Part shown: positions 41,501 to 50,705 of the stretch, in pieces | Position numbering within the stretch: the first letter of the stretch is position 1 | Layout: the number at the start of each line of letters is the position of its first letter | Source: a virus | Virus record (IMG/VR): IMGVR_UViG_3300045922_000709 | Span: 16,477-80,476 of that record | Length of the DNA stretch: 64,000 nucleotides | Direction: 5' to 3' (one strand) | Notes under the pieces: generated by a model | Seen by the model: the letters and a program-made list of their open reading frames with translations, nothing else | Told to the model about the DNA's origin: nothing | The model's database searches: none | Made by a program: the position numbers and the translations under genes

Positions 41501-43057
41501 TATATCTTCTAAGTTTTTAATAACAATACCTATTGGTCTTGCTTTAATAGGTTCTATATCAAAAGGGTTTAGACTTCTAGTAAAAAAAGGTAATTGCTCA
41601 TTGTCAGGAATAGTCCAATGCCTAATACCTTGGCCATATAAATCAGCACCTGTGAATTTATCAAAATAATAATCTTTTTCATTATATTTTACTGAAGAAA
41701 TATAAGTGTTTAAAGGCCCTGTTTGAACATCTAAAGAATCATTAAATGAAAAATTTCTTATTATAAAACCAGCGTCTGATATATCGCTAAAAGGCTGATT
41801 AATAGATTCTCCCGGTCTTACGTCAGCAGGTATATGATGAACAAAAGTTTCTTCTCCTGTTTTTAGTTTAGCTACAATACCGAAGCTATATGTTTCTCCT
41901 CTTCTATATCCTTTTTTAAAATAAGTGTAATTTTCAAATTTATATAAAGGTTTTGCTTTAGTATTTAATGAAATTAAAGCTTCTTTTTCATAAAGCCATT
42001 CTAATTCTAATCTATTAGCTATTAATTGCAAATCTACTTGTGATTTCTTTTTTAAATTAGCTAAAAACAATATGTTGTCTTTTTGAATTATATGAGCAGC
42101 ACTTGAATAAATTGTTCTTATATCTGCAATTTGTTCAACTGTTAATTTCTCATCTTTTAATAATCCATCGAAAGTAACATTCATAGAAGATCCTTCTATA
42201 ATTTTTCTTGCAAATATTGAAGATTGAAAAGAAGAATCTCCACCAGTAAAATAAATTACAGCAATCTCTAAATATTTATAGTTTTCGTCAATGTTTTCTA
42301 TATTAAGTTTTATAGATTTTGATACAGGGGGTGCATCGAAATTTTCACCATCGTAATTTTGCCAATCTTCATCTGGGTTTTCATTAACAATAGGTATTAT
42401 GTTTGTAACATAACCAAATCCTGTAGGGTCTAAATTTTCATTTAAATATCTTGCTGTAAACTGATAAACCCCGCATTTTAATTGACCGCCTTCTACAATC
42501 TTATCTAAAAATATATGAGGATATTTATAGTTGTCTTGAAGTCTTAATTGATTACTAAGTTGTCTAAATTTTTCAACCGTATAATCTTTGTTTATGTTTA
42601 TAACCCTTGGATAATTTAAATTATCAACAAAATATACTAATATTTGACCATTAAAATCTTTTTTAGCTGTTGAATTAATATGATAATTTATATCGAAATT
42701 TAATCTTTGTTCAGGGTCTATAAATCCATTTAACCAATAAATTGAGTCTAAATCATCTACAACAATATTGTAAATATTATTTTGTATATAACCTATTTGA
42801 GAAGAAAATTCAGATTTAGAAAATATAACAATTATGTCATCAATCTGACAAAATCCTAAAATAATTGAATTAGGTCTTTTTAAATTAAAATCACTATATA
42901 TTTTAAAACCTTCTTCATTAGATAAAGAATAAGTTGAAGATCCATCGAGACTATTTAACACTACATTTCGAGCATCTACATATTGAGATTGATTTATTAG
43001 AGATGGGTGAACATCTTTATTTAAACCTTTTTCAAAAGAATTTACATGATGATTCAT
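38546..43057 (-). CDS. Muzzle / tail stabilisation protein (P22 gp10-like), 1503 aa
   Basis: N-terminal NSFEKGLNKD...YVDARNV, KGYRRGETYSFGIV, C-terminal WTSFHDY and KTFDNI; position between ring and cargo genes. Confidence 0.85.
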   Translation of the reverse strand: MNHHVNSFEKGLNKDVHPSLINQSQYVDARNVVLNSLDGSSTYSLSNEEGFKIYSDFNLKRPNSIILGFCQIDDIIVIFSKSEFSSQIGYIQNNIYNIVVDDLDSIYWLNGFIDPEQRLNFDINYHINSTAKKDFNGQILVYFVDNLNYPRVININKDYTVEKFRQLSNQLRLQDNYKYPHIFLDKIVEGGQLKCGVYQFTARYLNENLDPTGFGYVTNIIPIVNENPDEDWQNYDGENFDAPPVSKSIKLNIENIDENYKYLEIAVIYFTGGDSSFQSSIFARKIIEGSSMNVTFDGLLKDEKLTVEQIADIRTIYSSAAHIIQKDNILFLANLKKKSQVDLQLIANRLELEWLYEKEALISLNTKAKPLYKFENYTYFKKGYRRGETYSFGIVAKLKTGEETFVHHIPADVRPGESINQPFSDISDAGFIIRNFSFNDSLDVQTGPLNTYISSVKYNEKDYYFDKFTGADLYGQGIRHWTIPDNEQLPFFTRSLNPFDIEPIKARPIGIVIKNLEDILDQYPSIKDQIESISLVRQQRNTFSHKSVYSQGFANDMLLQDGVIPNVFRSDDSDFESFKTTEDKEKRVSNRDKDVTDYKASLIQNPFFGKTLIVDYNAVFFINGQIRYNFISGQIGTRVYFKIGTGSNDTYFPGHPNDLIKYNGIFPQKEPVGTFVFESIDPIARSSIFFYSPETVFLEKNFQIPNGCRLKPVADLSSFVSEVFDEKRTITSADAGTSGDLPPNFKLTAYDLSRGNYSDDVKFPLSLTPRSPYFHMFGQWLNPIKFYSKFINKTNIISSYQYAQSNGEIRGPETFTNLNTIIKGKYPLNMYDTESSVVMELDKDLYKSEYEGGILASIGVTYHNNDGAETWPDDCFTNFEINNDKNKLAGANALYYLDTNTSIPSNETIAKKDSGLNAYRYLYSIESENKSQYGELDANEYILVDTFYTNTPINTRLRKIKNSLLCYNGDTFISMFSYRNSIRINYRNSYVAWSGEDYKMPYGDDPLISGEMNGGWFRLFNKNGAELRMLHYLPVESDINCAYRHRPVERDNDGNVIKSGVPYYPKNDIVACLDYESEMGNSSGYNIQYSKENEIKKFILKPFGLIDIVEFPNRIVYSLNSIEQEQSDKYKYFLPNNFQEIPKDKGQITSLFDFNNTLYCHTERSLWRTFVNDKAIVPSTTNELILGTGGVLALPPNQIYNIKGGYCGTLHDRSVLNTPFGVFFVDNLQQKIFYFNGNAPEEISEQGLFNYFQNLLKDKIENKTQINNGILSLYDPSNRRIIFKIKDETISYSLFTKTWTSFHDYTPALSYFLNNKFYITRDGVLYETDRKRMGYYINNFYDSYITYVSNGDPALSKTFDNIIVNCEFRNSDQLVKFLNFFYKLECFNEKQYSGIVDLKVVDKSQPQYNIFEYNVNYTNSQYQIKIPFSATSDNNLNIFDILNNVKYSETIYNLLNNLPDYQRIPARFKGKYLIEKLIFNNERNKDHKFTLINTINIFRRNLR

Positions 43058-43788
43058 TATACAACACCTTTATTAAATGTATTAAAATCTTGTCTTAAAT
43101 CAGTAGAGTTTGCATATCCAAAAATAGATTGACCAATTGTAGGCAACAGCCTATTGTAAGCGTTTCCAATAGCTACAATCTCATCGGGCGAAGGCATGGT
43201 AATTGTCGATATAAATTTTAATATTTTTTTTCTATATTCAGCATGATGAAATTTATATAATTCTGGGCTTGCGCCTTTAGTTTTCATATATTCTGCATAT
43301 TTAAGTTTATATGTAAAGTATTCTATACAAGCTTCTACAAAAAGAGCATGGTCAGGAACCAAAGGTAATCCGTGTTCATCTAAATGAAATCCTAAATAAA
43401 ATAAATCTATTTCACCTTTTTCATAAGATATAAACAATTTATCATTACTTACAGTGTAAGAATCCAAAGGTATTAAATGTGTAAATTTAGTTTTATCTAT
43501 TTCACCTAAATGAAGTAAAGTGGTCGGTAAATTTGTTTTTCTTAAAAAAGTATCTCCATATTTTACTTGAACCACATTAATTAAATCACAAGGTAAATCT
43601 GCTACATGATTATTTATTTTTATTTTTTCATATTTATTCACCATTGTAGCAGTAAATCGATTTTGTTCCATAATGGAATAAATCCATTCTAATAACCTGT
43701 TTTCGCCAATTGTTTTATCTAAATCAGAATCTAAATAAAATTGAGCTATTATAAATAAAGGACTTTTAAATCTTAACGTGTTTGCCAT
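43057..43788 (-). CDS. Tail ring / tubular protein (ring 1-like)
   Basis: KINNHVADLPCDL...GEIDLFYLGFHLDEHGLPLVPD; immediately upstream of the muzzle gene with a TAATG overlap. Confidence 0.8.
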   Translation of the reverse strand: MANTLRFKSPLFIIAQFYLDSDLDKTIGENRLLEWIYSIMEQNRFTATMVNKYEKIKINNHVADLPCDLINVVQVKYGDTFLRKTNLPTTLLHLGEIDKTKFTHLIPLDSYTVSNDKLFISYEKGEIDLFYLGFHLDEHGLPLVPDHALFVEACIEYFTYKLKYAEYMKTKGASPELYKFHHAEYRKKILKFISTITMPSPDEIVAIGNAYNRLLPTIGQSIFGYANSTDLRQDFNTFNKGVV

Positions 43789-44300
43789 CTTTGTTTTAAA
43801 TAATTAAAAGCATAATCGAATAACTTGTGTTTTACAAACTTAGAACTTTTAAATCTATAAAGTTTTTTTGTGTAATTTAATCTACCTAATTGAATAGAAG
43901 TGACTATTCTATAATAATAACCATTAGAGTGTTCATTAAAGAAATATTGAGGACAACCTTCTGCAATACTCCCTTTAATATTATATAATGGCTTCATAAC
44001 TAATAGTTTAATTCTACTTAAGCGCAATCCATAACTATTAAATATCTTGCTATTATATATAACTTCGTCTAAAATAGTTATAAAAAGTGATTTTAAATAT
44101 CTTTTAAATTCTTGTCTAGATAAAGGTTTAATATCTAATTCTCTACATCTAAAACAATAAACTCTATAAAAAATAAAAAAACCCACCACAAGGTGGGGAT
44201 TAGATAATCTTGAAAATACATGGGTATTAAAAGGAAATTGCTCGCTTATTTCAGATAAAGCGATGTATTTACTCTCCTTCTTTTTGATTGTCTTTTCCAT
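43773..44300 (-). CDS. IHF-like protein of the crAss structural module (start uncertain)
   Basis: FYRVY...ILDEVI...FFNEHSNGYYYRI resembles the conserved crAss IHF-like gene found between ring genes. Confidence 0.6.
   Translation of the reverse strand: MEKTIKKKESKYIALSEISEQFPFNTHVFSRLSNPHLVVGFFIFYRVYCFRCRELDIKPLSRQEFKRYLKSLFITILDEVIYNSKIFNSYGLRLSRIKLLVMKPLYNIKGSIAEGCPQYFFNEHSNGYYYRIVTSIQLGRLNYTKKLYRFKSSKFVKHKLFDYAFNYLKQRWQTR
44175..44197 (-). terminator. Intrinsic terminator-like hairpin inside the 5' part of the IHF-like ORF
   Basis: Minus strand CCCACC-TTGT-GGTGGG-TTTTTTT. Confidence 0.55.
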
Positions 44301-44934
44301 CGTTGTTGTCGTAAGGTCTCATTGAAGCATAATAAGAAGTGTATTTTTGTAAAATATTTTGAGTTAATTCAGGAATCATATGAGCAGCTATCGGATAATT
44401 TGACTCTTCTGTATAACAATAACTACCGTCACAAGTTGTATATTCTTTAACTTCTTCAGGATTTTTAAATATACCTCTAGCCGTTATATATTTCAACCCT
44501 TTTGGATTAATTACATATAGTTTTTTATTCATATAAAAAACTCTTGTTTTATCTCCAGTGTATTTTAAATTTTTAATATTTATCGCATGATGATATTTTA
44601 TCATATCTATCGGTCTTTTATTAACCGTTCCAACAAAAGTTATAAGCTCTATAATAGGTTCAGGAATTTCTTTTGTTTTCCAAATCACTGTGCCGCTTGA
44701 AAAACCTATTTCGCAACATTCAATTTCATCAGCGCAATGTAATTCTAAACAGCCTAAATCTTGAACAACATCTTCATATATTGTATTAAAAGTTAAAAAA
44801 TCTTTAAGTAATAAAAAAACTCTTTCGGAATTTATCCAAAATTTGATTTGTTCTAATTGAAGTTTTTCATCATCTGATGTTCTACCACCAGTTAAACTGT
44901 TTAATATATTATAAGAAAGTTCGCTTAATGTCAC
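44269..44934 (-). CDS. Tail ring protein (ring 2-like)
   Basis: MTLSELSYNIL...SDD...QIKFWINSER, QDLGCLEL, RGIFKNPEEV, YPIAAHM; synteny. Confidence 0.75.
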   Translation of the reverse strand: MTLSELSYNILNSLTGGRTSDDEKLQLEQIKFWINSERVFLLLKDFLTFNTIYEDVVQDLGCLELHCADEIECCEIGFSSGTVIWKTKEIPEPIIELITFVGTVNKRPIDMIKYHHAINIKNLKYTGDKTRVFYMNKKLYVINPKGLKYITARGIFKNPEEVKEYTTCDGSYCYTEESNYPIAAHMIPELTQNILQKYTSYYASMRPYDNNDGKDNQKEGE

Positions 44935-45458
44935 GGCGCATAAGGTAAAGCAGGTGGATAAATAGAATTAACAAAAGTTATTGCAAAAGAATATATATCA
45001 ATGCCTTCAGGATAAGTTTGTTCATCATAAGTTAAAGAAGTTATTTCTAATTTTATTTTCCAAGAAGGATATAATCTTACAGCATTAAAAGAAGGAGATA
45101 AAAAAATGTCAGGAAAAGAAATAGTATTTTCATTTGAAACATATCTTGGATTATCGTCTTCGTCTAAAATTTCATATTTATGTCCAATTTCACATTCTTG
45201 ATTTGATTCTATATATGCAAAAGTTAAAACAATACATGTATCTGTATCATTTGTAAAAATATTACCAATTACGCCAGTTTCCGTTATAGTAAATTTATTT
45301 TCTTGAATAATTACTGGCGAATTGTTACTTGTTGTTTCAGCATTCCATTCACCACTTCTAAACACTAAACTCTTACCTTCAAGATTATTATTAGCTTGAG
45401 GTTTTGAATTATTGTTTAATGGAAATTCTTCAATTGTTATTTTCCGTCCGTTGCTCAT
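44931..45458 (-). CDS. Hypothetical beta-rich (possibly virion) protein, 175 aa
   Basis: Packed ORF in the tail module. Confidence 0.6.
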   Translation of the reverse strand: MSNGRKITIEEFPLNNNSKPQANNNLEGKSLVFRSGEWNAETTSNNSPVIIQENKFTITETGVIGNIFTNDTDTCIVLTFAYIESNQECEIGHKYEILDEDDNPRYVSNENTISFPDIFLSPSFNAVRLYPSWKIKLEITSLTYDEQTYPEGIDIYSFAITFVNSIYPPALPYAP

Positions 45459-45744
45459 TTGATTTACCTAAATAAGAAGTTAAAAAATTTATAATTTGTT
45501 TAAAAAACAATTCATAAAAAGATGTTAAAACACAGTAGTTTATAACTAAAACTGGCCAAGTAGCATAATTTAAAATATAATATATAAAAGCTATAATTGT
45601 AGCTATAAAAAATGTAAGATATGTTTTTTGAGTTCTGTTTAATTCTTTTTTAAATTGAGCTTTTATAATATTTGTTATAAAAAATGTAATTGCAAAAACT
45701 AGCAATATATATTCTATATTAAATAAAGAAGTTACCCATTCCAT
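45430..45744 (-). CDS. Holin-like small membrane protein
   Basis: 104 aa with three hydrophobic segments and a charged C-terminus. Confidence 0.6.
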   Translation of the reverse strand: MEWVTSLFNIEYILLVFAITFFITNIIKAQFKKELNRTQKTYLTFFIATIIAFIYYILNYATWPVLVINYCVLTSFYELFFKQIINFLTSYLGKSNEQRTENNN

Positions 45745-45986
45745 TTTATTAAATTAGAAATTAAAGTGGCTAAAAAAGAAACACCTATAGTTATAGTTAT
45801 ATAAGTTTGGTGTAATTTTGTTTTAAATTGTTCAAGAACAGTTATTCTTTTTTCTTGTTCTGTAACTTTATTTATAAGAGAATTGTTTCCATCAATACCT
45901 TGAATAATATAATGTAATTTATCAACTTCTTTTTTTAAAGAGTTTATTTGTTCTTCTAAGTTCTTTTGAATGTTATATTCCATCAT
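45732..45986 (-). CDS. Small coiled-coil protein with C-terminal TM helix (XhlA/holin-associated type)
   Basis: Coiled coil (EKRITVLEQFK) then ITITIGVSFLATLISNLI; adjacent to the holin-like gene. Confidence 0.55.
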   Translation of the reverse strand: MMEYNIQKNLEEQINSLKKEVDKLHYIIQGIDGNNSLINKVTEQEKRITVLEQFKTKLHQTYITITIGVSFLATLISNLIKWNG

Positions 45987-48849
45987 CGTGAATAATAGTT
46001 AAGGTAAATTGATTAAACCCGGGATCTCCACCAAAAAAAGGAGAAGTTTTAAGATCTGACTCATTAGGCGGTGTCAACCCTCTATGAATTATAACCATTA
46101 TTCTATCTCCTGCTGTAACAGACATAACACCTTGAAAAACAGCATTTGGTGCGGCTACTGTTTGTTGAAAATTACCACAACCCATGGTGGCTATATGCAA
46201 AGGATTGGATCCTGAATATATATTTCCCGATGGAGATACCCAAGCTCCATTTGAAGTAAATCTATCCCAATTTGTAGTTGAATAATTAACTAAATGCCAC
46301 AAAAGACCATGGCGAGAATTTCTTGGGTAAGCATTTTGTCCAGGAGGCCCTGTTAATTGATTAAATGTTTCACCACCAGTTCCACTAGAAAAATAATGAT
46401 CAGGATTATCATAATCTACACCATCGGGTACTAATTTTGTTGCAGATATTGCAAACATACCGGTTGGTGTAAAATCAAAAATTGCAGTACCATCTGATGT
46501 AAATTCAAAAATCCTTGTATAATAATATACTCGCTTATTTGTATGAGCTGTTTGATCATAACCATATGCTGTAAAACCATTAGGTGTACTTGATATAAAA
46601 GTGTTTTCATCAAAAGTAAGACTTGCATCATTTCCAATTACATTATTTGGAGTAGACCAAGGTATTAAAGCAATATAAGGTACAGCTATTCCACTAGATA
46701 TTGGAAAAGATTCATTAAAATTTTTTCTATCAATACATAAATATATTTTAAATGTTCCAGCATTTTGTATACTATTTGACGCATTTCCCGGTATTACAAT
46801 TGCTCTTGAACCATCTATAAAATCATAATTATAATCAATACCATTTAATTTAATCGTGTTTTGAGGTCTTAATAAATTAGGTTTAGCTGATTCACCTGCT
46901 GAATTTCCATGCCAACTTCTTTTTAAATTATTTCTATTTGAAATATACACAACTTGATTTGTTGAAGCATCTGTTATTAAAACAGCTATTTTAAAATTTA
47001 CTAAATTAGGATTATAGTTAGTGTTAATTGTATAAGATACTAAACTTAAAGATGTATTAGGTAATGCTAAAGCACCTCTTGTATAACCAATGATTGCTAT
47101 TATAAAAGGATCTCCCGGATTACCTGTGTAAAAAACATTTGTTGGACATTGAGTGTTATGACTCTGAAGTAATTTGGCTTGTAAAAATTTATTTCCTTGA
47201 GTTATACCAGGATTAGGTACATCTTGTCCTATACCATCAGAAGCATAATTTAAAAATACTTGGGTGTTAAATACAGTGTTTTTAAAAGTAGTGGCTAAAT
47301 TTGTAAAACCATCTGTGGTATTTGTAGTATTGTCTCCAAGAGGATTAATAAAACTTTTATGATTATCTATTATACCTGCAGTTAAATCTACAACCGGACT
47401 TTCTACTATTATTTTAAATATTCTACTAAAATTAGATGCACCATTACATTGACTAAAATTTAATCTTATTTTTAAAGTTTGAGCAAGAACAGGTGTTATA
47501 CCTAAATATGTTAACGTTAATGTATCGTTAAGTCCTCCATTTAAAGAAGGTGAATAAAGCAAAGAATCATTAATTGTTAATTCACCGGTTGTAAGAACAG
47601 TAAAAGGATTTAACGGCACGTTTCCATTAGCGTCTAATATATCATATCCTAAGTATTCTATTTTTTTATGCGGTGTACAAGAAGGAATGCAACAATTATT
47701 GGTGTTAAAATTATAGGTTGCTAAAACATTATTGATTGTTTCTATTTTAGGGTCTTGATATGTAAAAAATAATTCAGTTTCAGAAAAAGGGGGTACTGTA
47801 ACAAGTTGTGTAGAACATACATTATTTAAATTTATATGATATGTTTTATCTATTGTTAAATTATTACAAAAAGTTAATCTATAAGTGTAACTACCAAAAC
47901 CGCCTATTGTAGAACAAGCTGTGTAATTATAATTAAAAACAAGATTTGAACCTGCAATAGTTGGTGTAGAAACTGTTAGTGACGGATTAGATGAAATAGA
48001 AATTGGTGTTATAGTAATAGGAGGATTTAAACCACAACAAACATGAGTTATATCATCTATTACAGATCCCGAAACAGGCCCATTATAAACATTTATATTT
48101 ATAGTACTTGTAGTTAATTCTGGCAATTCAACTTCGCAATTTTGAATTATATTGAATCTGATTTTTTGTATAAAATTATATGTTCCGCAAAAATTTAATT
48201 TAAAATCTACATCGTGTGTAGATAAAGGAGATGTGTTACCGTTAAAACACCAAGGTAAATTAAAAGTTTGATTTGTTATAACAGTTCCTTTTGGCGGATA
48301 TGCTATATTTAATCCTGTGGATAAAGGTAGCGTGTTATAATCTACAATTGTAAAAAAAGCAGAATCATTACAACATTCAAAATCAAAATTTACATTAACA
48401 ATACCACAATCACCATCGTCTTCTATTCTATCTATATTGTATATTATAGGTGTTGAAGGTATATTTATATTGTTTACACAAGTGTCAATTACATTAAATA
48501 TCAATCTTTGAGTTACTAAATATTCATTACATATTTTAAATGTAACAATTGCTGTATAAACCCCTGTTACGGCTGTTGAAGAATTAAAGTTGAGACTATA
48601 TTCATAATTACCGGAAGTGCCAATAGAAGTCTCTACAATCGTTATAAAATTTGGCAAATTATCTATTTTTTCTATAACAGTTGTAGTGTTTCCATTACAG
48701 CACTCAAAAGGTATTGAACCTTCAATATCTAATTGTAAATCTCCTTCAAACTTATCTAATTGAAAAGTTTGAGTATCTTCATCAATAGGATAGGTTACTA
48801 AACAAGGACATTCAGCATCAAACTGAATATCTTCACAACAAGGGTTCAT
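45973..48849 (-). CDS. Putative tail fibre/spike with four Cys-rich Ig-like repeats and a C-terminal head (958 aa)
   Basis: T/N/G-rich beta-type composition; repeated CC...C...C pattern about every 110-135 aa in the N-terminal half; follows the tail-hub-like genes. Confidence 0.6.
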   Translation of the reverse strand: MNPCCEDIQFDAECPCLVTYPIDEDTQTFQLDKFEGDLQLDIEGSIPFECCNGNTTTVIEKIDNLPNFITIVETSIGTSGNYEYSLNFNSSTAVTGVYTAIVTFKICNEYLVTQRLIFNVIDTCVNNINIPSTPIIYNIDRIEDDGDCGIVNVNFDFECCNDSAFFTIVDYNTLPLSTGLNIAYPPKGTVITNQTFNLPWCFNGNTSPLSTHDVDFKLNFCGTYNFIQKIRFNIIQNCEVELPELTTSTININVYNGPVSGSVIDDITHVCCGLNPPITITPISISSNPSLTVSTPTIAGSNLVFNYNYTACSTIGGFGSYTYRLTFCNNLTIDKTYHINLNNVCSTQLVTVPPFSETELFFTYQDPKIETINNVLATYNFNTNNCCIPSCTPHKKIEYLGYDILDANGNVPLNPFTVLTTGELTINDSLLYSPSLNGGLNDTLTLTYLGITPVLAQTLKIRLNFSQCNGASNFSRIFKIIVESPVVDLTAGIIDNHKSFINPLGDNTTNTTDGFTNLATTFKNTVFNTQVFLNYASDGIGQDVPNPGITQGNKFLQAKLLQSHNTQCPTNVFYTGNPGDPFIIAIIGYTRGALALPNTSLSLVSYTINTNYNPNLVNFKIAVLITDASTNQVVYISNRNNLKRSWHGNSAGESAKPNLLRPQNTIKLNGIDYNYDFIDGSRAIVIPGNASNSIQNAGTFKIYLCIDRKNFNESFPISSGIAVPYIALIPWSTPNNVIGNDASLTFDENTFISSTPNGFTAYGYDQTAHTNKRVYYYTRIFEFTSDGTAIFDFTPTGMFAISATKLVPDGVDYDNPDHYFSSGTGGETFNQLTGPPGQNAYPRNSRHGLLWHLVNYSTTNWDRFTSNGAWVSPSGNIYSGSNPLHIATMGCGNFQQTVAAPNAVFQGVMSVTAGDRIMVIIHRGLTPPNESDLKTSPFFGGDPGFNQFTLTIIHDDGI

Positions 48850-49225
48850 TCGGATTGTAGTTTGTTTTAAATAATCTTATAAAACAATCAATGTCTATAT
48901 TTAGACAATAAAAGTATTTTTTATATTTAGCTATATCTGTATCTGAAATATACTCATTATACGGCTTGTTTGCGCAAGTTCTTTCTTTATGTAATAAAAT
49001 CAAATATAAAACAAAAAAGTTTAATATTAAATCTTTTTTATAAATTAATAACGATGTATTTTCATTACCTATTTGATTTTGCTTAATTGATTTTATAGTA
49101 TTTTTTAAATTAGTTTTCATTAAAAGAGATAAATATTCTCTTCTTAATTTTTCAAATAAATCAGGTTTATTACAGCAAGATTCTTCAGTTGGTGTAAGAT
49201 TATAGCTTATGAGCATGATGAACAA
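48833..49225 (-). CDS. Hypothetical structural protein (tail hub B-like by synteny)
   Basis: Small helical Cys-containing protein after the hub A-like gene. Confidence 0.45.
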   Translation of the reverse strand: MFIMLISYNLTPTEESCCNKPDLFEKLRREYLSLLMKTNLKNTIKSIKQNQIGNENTSLLIYKKDLILNFFVLYLILLHKERTCANKPYNEYISDTDIAKYKKYFYCLNIDIDCFIRLFKTNYNPNEPLL

Positions 49226-50643
49226 CCTCCTGTGTTAATTTGAACATTTGATTCTTCTCTAGATTTTATACATATTTCGCATATATCATACGCTGCTTTC
49301 AATAAATATTCATGTTGCTTTAAAGAATTTAAATGTTGCGGCGAGTATTGTAAAACACCATAATCAGTGCCATATTGAATATCTATTGAAGCAAAATAAG
49401 CATCTATAATAGTTTTAAATTTTAATAGTTTATAATAGTTTTTAAATTCTTCTTTAGTCTCTTTACAATCGCAATTTTTACAAATAATCGAGTTTATAAA
49501 ATGAGTATAACATTCTATAATCTTACAAAAAGAGTATAAAATAAAAGATGAATTTGTTAATTTGTCTCCTTGTTCATTAGTGCGGTGAGAACTAAACAAA
49601 TAAACACCATCAGAAGGGAGAGAAAAGTTAAGAATAGTGTCAATGTTTTTAACATAAGATTGGATTAAGTTTCCGTGAAGATCTTTAATTTCAATTAAAT
49701 ATTTATCATCGCCTTTTGCTAAATAGTTGTTGTAAGAATAATTATTGCAGCTAATTTTTGTTATAGTTTCATAAGGCCCAACAGATATTTGATCTTCATA
49801 AAAACATTCTCCACAACAATTTGATACAGTGGCTTTAATATTAACTAAACCGGGCGTTTCTGAAGTAACTTCAATATAATCGTTTATTTCTTCTTCAAAA
49901 GTTTGATTATATATTTCTATTCCATTTAAAGTTACAGATATAGTATTTTCGTTACAAAAAGTATTAGATGGTTTAGCTTTAAGTGTTATATAAAACGGTT
50001 GACTAGGTTGTACGCATCGACAATAACTAATGTCTTCACAATCGCAATTTTGACAAGACTGTATGCAATTTTTTAAAAATTGAGGGTTATTTTTAATCTC
50101 TTCTTCAGGATTTACACAAGTGGTTATAAAAGATACTTTAGGTAAATATTCAAAAACAGCAACTTCAGACTCTGTGTTAAAACTAAATTCTTCATTATTT
50201 ATTACAAAAAAAGTATTTAAATAAACTTTATATAAAAAACCTGTTTTGAAAGAATGTTCATAAACAGGATTGAAAGAAGAATACGACTCTGTTACTAACC
50301 ATGTGTATTGCGCATTTGGTGCAGAAGTGTTTGGATAAAAAGTTAAATTAGAAGAACAATAATTTTGAAAATAAGCAAAAACAGGAGACCTTTCATCTGT
50401 GTAATCAATCGGATATAACACAAAATTAAATTCATCTTGATTATATGCAAAATAAATTGGAATATTTAAAGAAAGATTAATAGACTCTCTACCACTAGCT
50501 TGAATAGATATAGTGGTTGGCCCAGGTGTTATATTTATAGTTTGAACAGATCCTGAAGTAGGAGCACCCCCGTTAATAGATATATCTGCTACTAAAGGAT
50601 TTGAAAAGGTTTCATCAAAAATACTAAATGTAACGTTTGGCAT
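49207..50643 (-). CDS. Cys-rich structural protein (tail hub A-like, with N-terminal Ig/PKD-like extension)
   Basis: Beta-rich N-terminus, LPSDGVY motif, CKNCDC, CEIC, C-terminal GGCSSCS; follows the auxiliary capsid gene. ATG at 50643 preferred because 50682 lies upstream of a terminator. Confidence 0.55.
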   Translation of the reverse strand: MPNVTFSIFDETFSNPLVADISINGGAPTSGSVQTINITPGPTTISIQASGRESINLSLNIPIYFAYNQDEFNFVLYPIDYTDERSPVFAYFQNYCSSNLTFYPNTSAPNAQYTWLVTESYSSFNPVYEHSFKTGFLYKVYLNTFFVINNEEFSFNTESEVAVFEYLPKVSFITTCVNPEEEIKNNPQFLKNCIQSCQNCDCEDISYCRCVQPSQPFYITLKAKPSNTFCNENTISVTLNGIEIYNQTFEEEINDYIEVTSETPGLVNIKATVSNCCGECFYEDQISVGPYETITKISCNNYSYNNYLAKGDDKYLIEIKDLHGNLIQSYVKNIDTILNFSLPSDGVYLFSSHRTNEQGDKLTNSSFILYSFCKIIECYTHFINSIICKNCDCKETKEEFKNYYKLLKFKTIIDAYFASIDIQYGTDYGVLQYSPQHLNSLKQHEYLLKAAYDICEICIKSREESNVQINTGGCSSCS

Positions 50644-50650
50644 ACTACTT

Positions 50651-50679
50651 AAAATAAAAAGGTGGAACAAAGTCCACCT
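50651..50679 (-). terminator. Intrinsic terminator after the capsid gene block
   Basis: Minus strand AGGTGGA-CTTTGT-TCCACCT-TTTTATTTT. Confidence 0.8.
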
Positions 50680-50705
50680 CATTTACGAAACCAACAAAAA
50701 ATCGT

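Noticed and set aside
50644-50682. N-terminal extension (MRWTLFHLFILSS) of the hub-like protein, resembling a signal peptide
   Set aside because: It is the translation of the terminator hairpin and U-tract; the ATG at 50643 is the better start.
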